This document shows positions 30,836 to 39,422 of a DNA stretch of 64,000 bases, piece after piece. The stretch spans positions 1,192 through 65,191 of the forward strand of contig JAGVMN010000006.1 of the NCBI GenBank assembly GCA_020053795.1. The letters are read 5' to 3'. Numbering within the stretch: the first letter of the stretch is position 1; each line of letters starts with the position of its first letter. Made by a program: the position numbers and the translations under genes. Below the pieces are notes generated by a model that searched no databases, had not been told where the DNA came from, and saw nothing but the letters and a program-made list of their open reading frames with translations. The stretch is from Bacteroidia bacterium. Its GTDB lineage: Bacteria > Bacteroidota > Bacteroidia > NS11-12g > UBA9320.

Positions 30836-32555
30836 CCATGACCAGTTTTTTGCGGGTTCTCAACTGAATTCCCACAAATTCCTTTTGTCCAATCTCATAA
30901 ATATTTTGAAATACAGAATTACTTAAGCTATAAGTTCTACCGTAGGAGTCCCAATTTTTACCCGAAGACTTTTTGATTTTTCCACCTTTCCCAGCAGCCT
31001 TAGTTCCAACAACATAAGTTGAATAATTTAAAGACTCGGGGTCTACTTTATAAACAGCAGCTTGAGCCATTAAATACCAACTTGAACCGTCAAAAGATGT
31101 GATTACACCCTTATCATATTTAATCAAACCCCAATCGTTCTTGTCAATAAAATCCATTCGAGGATCTTCATCAGGATCTCCCAGACCTGCAGCTAATATC
31201 AAATCACCATAGTGCCAAACATAATAATAGGTGGTTCTACTGCCGACATTATCGCTGTAGGTAGTGACTGCAATTATTTCTAACCACTGTTTTTCAAGGA
31301 TTGCAGAAATCTTACCATCTTCAGTGTACGTGACCGCTATAACTGTGTTCAAATTGGTAATGCCATTTTCATAGTACTTAACAACTTCTTTTGCCGCTTT
31401 TTTCTTTTTAGAGCTTTTTTTCTTGGCCCCATACTTTTTGGCAGCATCAATTTGGCTTTTGTTAATTTTTTTAATCATCTCAGGATCAAATACAGATGTC
31501 TCATTGGAGACTTCTTCCATAGTCTTTTTATTCAATCGAGTGGCGTGAATACCGGTAGCAACATCAAGTCCTATAACGTCTTCATATAAAATTCCAACCA
31601 GGTCAACATATTCTCCATCCTTTGAAAACCCAAGATTTAAGTCCATGATCAGTAATTCACCCTCTGTTTCATATTCTATTTCATCTTCTGCATCTTTTCC
31701 CAATCTGAAGACTGAGTAGCTCAAATTTTCAATTTTTTCAGTTGTCTTTCTGCCTGCCTTCTTTGATTGTTTTTTAGTCGTAGTGACCCTTTTTTCATTT
31801 TCGGCTACCACAAACATGGTACCTTCTGCATCGCTGCGGAATCTTTTAACGTATAACTTGTTCCCGCTCTTAGAATCCACTTTGAAATTGCTTCGATGGT
31901 TGATCACTACCATATTTTTGTCAAGCAGCCAAAAAGAAAAGGACTTCAAAGTCGTCTTTCGCATTTTTTCCTCAGCCAATCGGCTAACTGTGGTGAAAAT
32001 TCTCCGCCTGCGTTCCCTTGGTGTTGGGTCAACACCTGTTACAACAATAAACTTGTCATTCTCGCTCATTTCTATTGTGTAATACCCCGGATTAAATTTC
32101 CTGCCTTTGTAAGGAACTTCAGCTACTTTGAATGGTTTTCCGGAGAATGACAAATCTGAAGGATCAACTTGAACATAAAACAAGTAGTCCTTCTTTTGGG
32201 TAGTATTCAGAAATGAAAAGAACACATAAAATTTCTTGTCAATTTTCATGAGTTTCCTGTATATGATTCTTTTCTTAAGAAGGCTCCCTGGCAATTCATT
32301 AGACTTCTTTACGGTCATGTCTTCACCAACAGTATACAGGTAGATTGGAGAATATGGGCCAGGATAGGTGTACATTTTTTGACCCAAAACCAGTAATTGA
32401 CCATTAGAGAGTTTGGAAATATCGATGGTCTCGCCGGCCTTTACTTTCATTACCTTGCTCCTGGCTTCCTTAACTTTTAGTTTTCCTTTTTGACCTAAAG
32501 CATCATTGCTAAGAACGATGCAAAGAAGGACGACGGATAGTAATTTTATTTTCAT
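30816..32555 (-). CDS. hypothetical secreted Lys-rich protein
   Basis: The start was moved to MKIKLLSVVLLCIVLSNDALGQ (signal peptide). I recognised no family. The 3' end overlaps the convergent Sua5 gene by 20 nt. Confidence 0.5.
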   Translation of the reverse strand: MKIKLLSVVLLCIVLSNDALGQKGKLKVKEARSKVMKVKAGETIDISKLSNGQLLVLGQKMYTYPGPYSPIYLYTVGEDMTVKKSNELPGSLLKKRIIYRKLMKIDKKFYVFFSFLNTTQKKDYLFYVQVDPSDLSFSGKPFKVAEVPYKGRKFNPGYYTIEMSENDKFIVVTGVDPTPRERRRRIFTTVSRLAEEKMRKTTLKSFSFWLLDKNMVVINHRSNFKVDSKSGNKLYVKRFRSDAEGTMFVVAENEKRVTTTKKQSKKAGRKTTEKIENLSYSVFRLGKDAEDEIEYETEGELLIMDLNLGFSKDGEYVDLVGILYEDVIGLDVATGIHATRLNKKTMEEVSNETSVFDPEMIKKINKSQIDAAKKYGAKKKSSKKKKAAKEVVKYYENGITNLNTVIAVTYTEDGKISAILEKQWLEIIAVTTYSDNVGSRTTYYYVWHYGDLILAAGLGDPDEDPRMDFIDKNDWGLIKYDKGVITSFDGSSWYLMAQAAVYKVDPESLNYSTYVVGTKAAGKGGKIKKSSGKNWDSYGRTYSLSNSVFQNIYEIGQKEFVGIQLRTRKKLVMVKLTAE

Positions 32556-32576
32556 AACAATATAAGAATTCATGAG

Positions 32577-33269
32577 TTAAAAGAAAATACCAACTCTATA
32601 AAAATATCCTCCATCAGGGCCTCCACTGTTATAAGTTTGGGCTGGGCTAAATTCGGTTTTTGCTTCACTTACCTTTGAAAAATATCCACCTACCCACCAG
32701 CCAAGCTCCATGGCCACTCTTTTGCCAACCAGAAACTGACCCCCTACGACATAACGTATCACATTCACACTCATCTTTGTTTCCGGGACATCGCCGTTTT
32801 TTTCAAACAACATGTTCCGATGATAGAACTGCAAACCTCTTGACACCCCATAATCAATTGCAACTCTCCTGCGATACCATTTTATACCTGCCCCAAAATA
32901 ATTGCCGGAAAGGGAACCATATTGACCATCAAACGAACCATAGCTATTTGATATATTAATATAATTGAGGCCATTGAATAAGGTAAGACCTGCTGTTGCC
33001 TCTGCCGACAATGATCTGTTTAATCTTCTCTCGTAAAACAAACCCAAATTGCCTCCAATAAGACCAGTTAAGTCAAATTTTATCGCATTACCAGCCATAG
33101 TCTTTCGACCATCATTTAGAAACTTCGAGACATTAGTCGTTGGCTGCGGAAAATCATTCTCCACACCTTTCTTATCTTCTACTTCGTCGTCCTCATCCTC
33201 CTGTGCAAAACTATAATTGATAGCACAGCCAAAAATGAGAACAAAAAATAATAGGGTAATTTTCTTCAT
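32577..33269 (-). CDS. outer-membrane beta-barrel (OmpW/porin-like) protein
   Basis: Signal peptide MKKITLLFFVLIFGCAINYSFAQ. Alternating amphipathic strands run through the sequence and it ends in an aromatic residue (..YFYRVGIFF). Confidence 0.6.
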   Translation of the reverse strand: MKKITLLFFVLIFGCAINYSFAQEDEDDEVEDKKGVENDFPQPTTNVSKFLNDGRKTMAGNAIKFDLTGLIGGNLGLFYERRLNRSLSAEATAGLTLFNGLNYINISNSYGSFDGQYGSLSGNYFGAGIKWYRRRVAIDYGVSRGLQFYHRNMLFEKNGDVPETKMSVNVIRYVVGGQFLVGKRVAMELGWWVGGYFSKVSEAKTEFSPAQTYNSGGPDGGYFYRVGIFF

Positions 33270-33399
33270 GAGCTTGTGATTTAAGGTGTCGAAAATATGA
33301 CATTAAATTGTTATTATGTATGAGAGTTAAAAAAATTTTAAACAGCCTTATTGGACCACTATGTTCGACACCTTTTTTTTATAAAGCGATAGCAGGCCA

Positions 33400-33726
33400 T
33401 TATCGGAGAAATAGAAATTGAGAAGCGATAATACCGGCTTTCAAAGGGCCTGATTTCAACTTACCCTGAGCGTTGTAAATCCAAATATCACTCTTTTGTA
33501 AATAGTCCTTCACATCTGAAACATATATGTCGCCATTGGCTGGGTCAAGGTCGAGTCCATATGTCTTTTTGCCGGTAAGATCAATGAGTGGTTTTGCAGG
33601 AAAACTTGTGGCATCAATGTCGAGCTTGTAAACACCTGAATGGAGGACGAACAGAGAATCATGATCATTGTTGAATACCATCCTTGGAAAAAACTCAGAA
33701 ATGGCAGGCAGGGAAATGGTTTTGAG
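33400..33726 (-). pseudogene. 3' fragment (last ~108 codons) of a paralog of the beta-propeller lipoprotein gene 35810..36847
   Basis: LKTISLPAISEFFPRMVF...LHSGVYKLDIDATSFPAKP...YGLDLDPANGDIYVSDVKDYLQKSDIWIYNAQGKLKSGPLKAGIIASQFLFLR aligns residue for residue with aa ~237-345 of the 345-aa protein. Upstream of L75 of the 182-aa track ORF the sequence is unrelated. Confidence 0.7.
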
Positions 33727-33993
33727 TCTCGCAGGATAAACAAAGAACATCGCATTATTTATGAAGTCGTTGATCAGAAAATTCTTATTCATTCTCTGAA
33801 AGGTCATTACTGATAAAATCATTCGTTGGGGTCTGTGCTGTAAACAACCCCATCGGTTTCGCGGGTATTTTTTTTCTTTTTTGACACGTTTCGAAATTAC
33901 AAATTCCGGGGAAATGTATTTGATGTGGTTGGTGGAAAAAAACATCAATCTTTTGGAGAAAATCTCGATGAGCAGGAGAATGTTCTTGAGAAT

Positions 33994-34977
33994 CTAAAAC
34001 TCAACTCTGTTTATTTTTTTATCGAGGTAGCTCACTTTAAACGACTGAGGTATAGTGGTAATAAATAGGTTTTTGGTAAATGCATCACTGTTTTTGGCGA
34101 AATAATGCTGGTAAGGGTATTTAATTTTCTTTATCGCCTTTACCCAGACTTCTTTGTCTTTATCAATTGAGACTAAAATGAGATTGGTAGATCGGTTAAT
34201 CGAATCCATCTCATAATAAAGACTTTTGAGTTTTTTGACACATGGCATACACCAGGATGCCCAAATATAAATGACGTTTTCCTTAGTGCTGTCTAATAGG
34301 CTGTTTAAGTCAAATTCGGTGTCTTGTGAATTTAAAATCACCATTTCGTCATAATGAAAAATTTCAGAGGAAAGTTTGTTGAATTTAAAATAGCTTTCAA
34401 CCAGTGTTTTTTTCCAATATGTCGATTTCCCTTGTAAAGCATATTTAAATGCGGTATCAATATTTTTGAAATGGCTTTCATGGAACAATGGCATTAAAAG
34501 GTTCATGCAATAGAAATACACCTCCTGATTTTTGTAACCTTCAATCCAATGAATGGCCTCGTTGAAATCAACGGCTAATACTGAGTCAATGGACATCATA
34601 CCAGCAAAAAATCTTCTGTTATATTCACTGCTTGAATTAGTTAACAGAATACTGCCTTTGGTTGAAAATCGATAATGGTTTATTGAGTTGTTTTCAAGAG
34701 AAGACACCAATGTAATTAATTCTCCAATTTTTGAGTTGAAGGTAAAAACAAAAACAATATACAATTCGCCTTTCGGGTCATAATTACAGTGAACAGTATC
34801 GCCAAATTTTAAATTTTCAGCATTGAAAACAGTATCAAGATTTTCACCGTTATATGCTGTTATTATTGCTTTCCCTTTATCAAACGGGAAGTTGCAGATT
34901 TCATTATAAATTTGTGCCAGACTGTTTGTTGTTATACAACCAAAAAATATAGGTAAAAAAAGCCAAGTCTTGTTCAT
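33994..34977 (-). CDS. thioredoxin-fold (TlpA/AhpC-like) protein with N-terminal extra domain
   Basis: Signal peptide, plus the CxxC motif in thioredoxin context (VIYIWASWCMPCVKKLK) in the C-terminal ~110 aa. Confidence 0.65.
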   Translation of the reverse strand: MNKTWLFLPIFFGCITTNSLAQIYNEICNFPFDKGKAIITAYNGENLDTVFNAENLKFGDTVHCNYDPKGELYIVFVFTFNSKIGELITLVSSLENNSINHYRFSTKGSILLTNSSSEYNRRFFAGMMSIDSVLAVDFNEAIHWIEGYKNQEVYFYCMNLLMPLFHESHFKNIDTAFKYALQGKSTYWKKTLVESYFKFNKLSSEIFHYDEMVILNSQDTEFDLNSLLDSTKENVIYIWASWCMPCVKKLKSLYYEMDSINRSTNLILVSIDKDKEVWVKAIKKIKYPYQHYFAKNSDAFTKNLFITTIPQSFKVSYLDKKINRVEF

Positions 34978-35003
34978 GATGTAAAAACAGGTTTCATGAG
35001 TTT

Positions 35004-35039
35004 AAGGTGCATCTCTGGAAAATTCCAGAGATGCACCTT
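35004..35039 (-). terminator. perfect 15-bp hairpin between two minus-strand genes (terminator-like, no U-tract)
   Basis: AAGGTGCATCTCTGG (35004-18) and CCAGAGATGCACCTT (35025-39) pair around a 6-nt loop. The hairpin lies 18 nt downstream of the stop of the Cys-rich gene. Confidence 0.4.
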
Positions 35040-35056
35040 AAAATTAATTTGGAAAT

Positions 35057-35515
35057 TTAGTAAAGTATTCCGTCAATTATAGAACGCTCTCCAACAGTAA
35101 GCACGTTGGAATAAATATTTTCCAATTCGGCGACACTATTATCGAAATTTACCCAGTTTCCAGAACTGGCAGCGGCCTTGTTTGTAGAAAGTGAACTTGC
35201 GAAAGCATTTCCACCAATACTTCCAAAGCCTAAACTGGCATTAATTAGCTCATCAAATTTATTTGATGGGTCGAGAGTTAGGGTACCTTTTTCGCCTGAT
35301 GGCTCACAAGTACATGATGCGGTAAAAATACCGCTTGTACAATTAGGTGTTTTGTCAGCAGGGCATTCAGCAGTACACTTTGCTCCTGTTAATGAAGTGG
35401 CACTACAAGAATTTGGTGCTGGTGCTTTATGTTCTATCTTAAAAGAAGACACAATAAACACGAATAAAGTACTAACAAATAGGAATGACAAGAATAGTTT
35501 GATTTTATTTTTCAT
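35057..35515 (-). CDS. small secreted Cys-rich protein, unknown function
   Basis: The start was moved to MKNKIKLFLSFLFVSTLFVFIV (signal/TM). The mature N-terminus has 7 Cys in ~32 aa (CSATSLTGAKCTAECPADKTPNCTSGIFTASCTC). Confidence 0.5.
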   Translation of the reverse strand: MKNKIKLFLSFLFVSTLFVFIVSSFKIEHKAPAPNSCSATSLTGAKCTAECPADKTPNCTSGIFTASCTCEPSGEKGTLTLDPSNKFDELINASLGFGSIGGNAFASSLSTNKAAASSGNWVNFDNSVAELENIYSNVLTVGERSIIDGILY

Positions 35516-35809
35516 TTCTTTAGAATTAAATATAGTGCCTACAAAACAAGGGTATCGGCTCTCCTTTTTACATTGAATTTTTCTTTTTGTCAACTAAAAA
35601 CCGTTATGGCATTCGGTTGAAATTCACGCGGGCCCAAATGTGAATATCTTTTCAAACGTACAACCTGTAATTTCAAATGCAAGCTTTTTAACGAAAAAAT
35701 TGTTATGATTTTTATCAGTTGTTCATTTCCGTTCTATGTCTCGTTTATTATTATGTCTCATAAGAAGTCAAAAGAACCCAGCCATCGCTCGCGTCCAGCG
35801 ACCAGATAG

Positions 35810-36847
35810 CTATCGGGTCAGAAAAAGAAATTGTGAGGCAATAACCCCTGCTTTTAATGGCCCTGCTTTAAGCTGTCCTCGGTTGTCATAAACCCAAACA
35901 TCGCTTTTTTGTTGAATGTCTTTAACGTCAGTTACATAAATGTCGCTGTTGATTGGATCCAGGCCGAGTCCATAAGTTGTTTTGTCAGAAAGCTTGATAA
36001 ATGGTTGGGCTGGAAAGACAGATTCTTCAATCCCTATTTTATACACGCCTGAGTGGAGTACATACAAAGTATCGCCACTGCTGTTTATAGAAAGCCGGGG
36101 AAAAAATTCAGAAATGGCAGGCAAGGAAATGGTTTTTAGCCCCGCACCTGCGGGCTTTGTCGATGGATCAATTTGAGTCAGAGCTCCGCTGTGCGTGGCA
36201 TCTCCGCCACTAAATATCCAAAGTTTATTGTTTTTGTCTTTTACGATATTTCCCGGTGAGGTGGGCAATGGAATGCTATCTGTGAATGTCAAAGAAACCG
36301 GATCAAGGGCCAGCAATTTTTCGTATCTGACATTTACAATCCAAAGCCTTCCATTTAAAAATATCATATCTTCCGTCCAGCCCATGCATGGGATTTCATT
36401 CAAAATAGCCAGCGTGTTCAGGTCTATCTGATAAATTACATTTTTATAAAGCTCAGTAACAAAAGCTATTTGATCACTCACCGCACAAATCTTCCGGGGG
36501 GATCGAAATTGGTCATTGAGTGCCAGACTTTTTAACGTTGAAGTATCCAGTTTTTCAATTTTACCTGAGTTGTTCACCACCAGATAAATATTGGAACCGA
36601 TCAGCACCATTTGATTTATAACGTCACCCGCCTTGCGGTCATTTGCCTTTTCGAAAACGGCGTTCTCAATAGTCATGTTTTTTTTGTCAATGGCAGAAAC
36701 CGAAGCGTTACCCCAATTGAAGTTCCCCTCGTTCATAACCAATACTTTACCCCTGACAGAAGTTGGCTGCCGTATGGCTGGCTCATCGGAACAATTAGAC
36801 AGCAGAAGTTCTGAACATAAAAGAATAAAGACTTTCAGTAAACGCAT
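35810..36847 (-). CDS. YncE-like beta-propeller surface lipoprotein, last gene of the B12-riboswitch operon (possible BtuG-like B12-capture protein)
   Basis: Lipoprotein signal (LLCSELLLSNCSDEP) and repeated blade-like segments (..NKLWIF.., ..IYVTDV.., ..VWVYD..). The start overlaps the upstream gene by 13 nt. The BtuG analogy is inferred from context and fold type only. Confidence 0.55.
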   Translation of the reverse strand: MRLLKVFILLCSELLLSNCSDEPAIRQPTSVRGKVLVMNEGNFNWGNASVSAIDKKNMTIENAVFEKANDRKAGDVINQMVLIGSNIYLVVNNSGKIEKLDTSTLKSLALNDQFRSPRKICAVSDQIAFVTELYKNVIYQIDLNTLAILNEIPCMGWTEDMIFLNGRLWIVNVRYEKLLALDPVSLTFTDSIPLPTSPGNIVKDKNNKLWIFSGGDATHSGALTQIDPSTKPAGAGLKTISLPAISEFFPRLSINSSGDTLYVLHSGVYKIGIEESVFPAQPFIKLSDKTTYGLGLDPINSDIYVTDVKDIQQKSDVWVYDNRGQLKAGPLKAGVIASQFLFLTR

Positions 36848-37809
36848 AGACGCATCGTGCTGGTTTTTAAATCGTCAACTACTTCGAGCAGGTAAACCCC
36901 CGGCAGCATAGGTGCAGAAATGAAATTGGTTTCTATTTTGTTTATCTGACTCACCAACCTGCCATGAAGGTCGAAAACACGTATAATACTTTCAGGTTCT
37001 TTCTTTTTCAATGTGATTTTCTCACCAGCCAAAACAGGATTTGGATAGGCAATACCATCTGTTGCAAAAGCCTCATCTATTCCGGAATAACCGGGCGATA
37101 AAATTGCCAAAGCATCCAGATCGAACCCACCGGTAGCAAATGCTGTCGGCCATGGGTCGTTAATTTTTCTGCCTTTGGAATCTCTGCTGCTATAGCGGTA
37201 ATCCAAACTTCCGACGACATCAGTTATTCGGATGTATTTGACATTTGATTTATTCAGCAAAACGGTATCCGGAATTTCAGCCAGATCGAAGGGGGTACCA
37301 TAGAACACCTGATGCTTGCCGGCAAGATTTTTTATTTTTTCGGGATTTAATTCCGATGAATTGGTGAATTGTAAGGTGGTGTCATGGAGGCTTTCGGTTT
37401 CAAATCCGAAATAATTAATTCCGTCAGAACTCACTTCAACAAATCCAAACTCCAGGAAATAGGCCGTGCTTGCCTTGAATCCATTCTCAAAAACAGCGAA
37501 CTCAGGTCCGATCAAATCTTTCAAAGGTTCGGTCACTGTAATAATAGCCGAACCACGGTCGCCGAGGCTGACAGCTATTCCATCGGCGATGCCCAAAGCA
37601 CTTGATGGCGTGCCATTGGTTGGCTTGCCCAGACCGGTGTCGGCCATATTTTGCCAACCTCTTTTCACTTCAATATTTGTTGTCCAACCCTTTATTTTAC
37701 CGTTGGTATAGTGTATGGCTTTGGAACCTGTGAGTCCTCCTGCCGGATCGAACTGAGCTTGGGCAGTTGAAAACCAAACGAAAAGCGAAATAAACAGATG
37801 GACTCTCAT
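36835..37809 (-). CDS. secreted protein of unknown function with T9SS type A C-terminal sorting domain
   Basis: Signal peptide MRVHLFISLFVWFSTAQAQ. The C-terminal ~80 aa (AYPNPVLAGEKITL...VFDLHGRLV...PGVYLLEVVDD..STMRLCVY) match the Por secretion tail pattern. There is a 4-nt overlap with the upstream gene. Confidence 0.6.
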   Translation of the reverse strand: MRVHLFISLFVWFSTAQAQFDPAGGLTGSKAIHYTNGKIKGWTTNIEVKRGWQNMADTGLGKPTNGTPSSALGIADGIAVSLGDRGSAIITVTEPLKDLIGPEFAVFENGFKASTAYFLEFGFVEVSSDGINYFGFETESLHDTTLQFTNSSELNPEKIKNLAGKHQVFYGTPFDLAEIPDTVLLNKSNVKYIRITDVVGSLDYRYSSRDSKGRKINDPWPTAFATGGFDLDALAILSPGYSGIDEAFATDGIAYPNPVLAGEKITLKKKEPESIIRVFDLHGRLVSQINKIETNFISAPMLPGVYLLEVVDDLKTSTMRLCVY

Positions 37810-39422
37810 TGTTTGATGAATTTGGTTTGCATGATGGTATGGTCTTGTTCTACTCTGACAATATACATTCCCGGGCTGAAATCGCCGACGTATAATCGAT
37901 CTTCTTTTGACATTTCTTTCTCAAAAACTATCCTGCCGTCTAATGACAGAATTTGTATTTGTCCGATTCCTTCAATGTTTTTGAAGCTGATAAAGTCTGA
38001 GGTGGGGTTTGGGTAAGCGGTCATTCGATGTTTAGAAATACCTTCAATAGATGCACCACAATTATATAGAAAATTTCCTAAACAGAAATAGGCCGGGGTA
38101 TTCATTCCAAATGACGAAGTGTCCGAAGATTCCATTGTAAACTCAAATGTAACCGCCAATTCTGTGAGATTGACTGGGGTCCAATTTCTAACTATATAAT
38201 CCTGATTGTTATCTAAAAATCGAAAATCAGCTAAGAAAAAAGCAATTGAATCAACCATATTTCCACTCTGGTCATAGCCCTTAATAATAAGTTTTAACCA
38301 GTCAGGATCATTCCCGGTCGGACCTCCAAATTTCTTAGAAAACTGATCACCATCTTTCATCGCGAAATAACTATATACCGAGTTTGTTACCACGACACTC
38401 ACGTTTGAGCCCCAACAATTACTTGCCAAAGAATAATATGGCAAACGAGTCCTCGCCTTATAGTTGCCAACAATGTAGTTTCTTTTTCCATCAAATCCTT
38501 TACCCGTAATTGCACTGTATTGGTTTGAAAATCCACGGGTAATAGTGTCGGAATGATTGCTAACCGCCCAACCTGACCAACTATTCCAATCGTGATTATA
38601 ATCATTCTCGAAAATGACATTATCACTGATAAAAGCTGTTTCATTTTGAACGCCATTCCAATACCCAAGCGAATCAAGAGTGAATTCGTCAAAATTTGAG
38701 TTGTTGAACGGTCTGGCTTTGAGGTGTCTTAAGCCATTGACATCATCTAAACAAAAAAACAATGGGGTATTAATCCCAAAACTACCAACATCAGAACTTT
38801 CATAATCGAAGTAAATACTGTCAGTACTTTTCCAACTTGCCATATCTATCCATAACCACTCATTGAGAATAAAATCCTGACTGTTGTCAGAAAACCTGTA
38901 ATCAACGAGATAAATTTTTGATGAATCAACCCTAATGCCACCCGAATAGCCATACGTTTTGAGTAAAAAATAGTCAGGATCATCCCCACTAATTCCTCCA
39001 AATTTCTTCGAAAAACTTGAGCCATTTTTTATATCGAGAGCTGTATAGGTGCTGTTTGTTACACGCATCCCACTTATTACAGTAGGAGAGTCAAAAACCA
39101 TCCATGCATTGCCTGAAACAACACCATATTGCGAGGTCATTTGAAATGCCCCGCCATTATAAGAACTGTATTGATTGCCATAACCGGGCGTTACAGAATC
39201 CTTCATGTTGCTGATACCAAAGCCCGACCAGACTTTATAGGTGGTATCATAGACATTTCGGAAGGTGATGCCGTTGGACTTAAAGCCCCCGCTCCCATCG
39301 GAGCCATTCCAAAAGGTGTCGGCTTTGCTGAGTTTTGGTGCTTCAAAAGTGACAGGAAATGTTTGGGCTGTGCAAAAAAATGAAGCTAATAGCATTGAAC
39401 TGGTGAAGTTGATTTTTTTCAT
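37806..39422 (-). CDS. tandem DUF4465-like domain protein with T9SS type A C-terminal sorting domain
   Basis: Two internally homologous ~220-aa halves (..WNGSDGSGGF..ITFRNVYDTTYKVWSGFGISN..GYGNQYSSY.. and ..WNGVQNETAF..VIFENDYNHDWNSWSGWAVSN..GFSNQYSAI.., each followed by FSKKFGG..G.DPD.). The C-terminal tail is AYPNPTSDFISF...LSLDGRIV...PGMYIVRV. The DUF4465 label is from memory of B12-locus proteins and was not searched. Confidence 0.55.
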   Translation of the reverse strand: MKKINFTSSMLLASFFCTAQTFPVTFEAPKLSKADTFWNGSDGSGGFKSNGITFRNVYDTTYKVWSGFGISNMKDSVTPGYGNQYSSYNGGAFQMTSQYGVVSGNAWMVFDSPTVISGMRVTNSTYTALDIKNGSSFSKKFGGISGDDPDYFLLKTYGYSGGIRVDSSKIYLVDYRFSDNSQDFILNEWLWIDMASWKSTDSIYFDYESSDVGSFGINTPLFFCLDDVNGLRHLKARPFNNSNFDEFTLDSLGYWNGVQNETAFISDNVIFENDYNHDWNSWSGWAVSNHSDTITRGFSNQYSAITGKGFDGKRNYIVGNYKARTRLPYYSLASNCWGSNVSVVVTNSVYSYFAMKDGDQFSKKFGGPTGNDPDWLKLIIKGYDQSGNMVDSIAFFLADFRFLDNNQDYIVRNWTPVNLTELAVTFEFTMESSDTSSFGMNTPAYFCLGNFLYNCGASIEGISKHRMTAYPNPTSDFISFKNIEGIGQIQILSLDGRIVFEKEMSKEDRLYVGDFSPGMYIVRVEQDHTIMQTKFIKQ

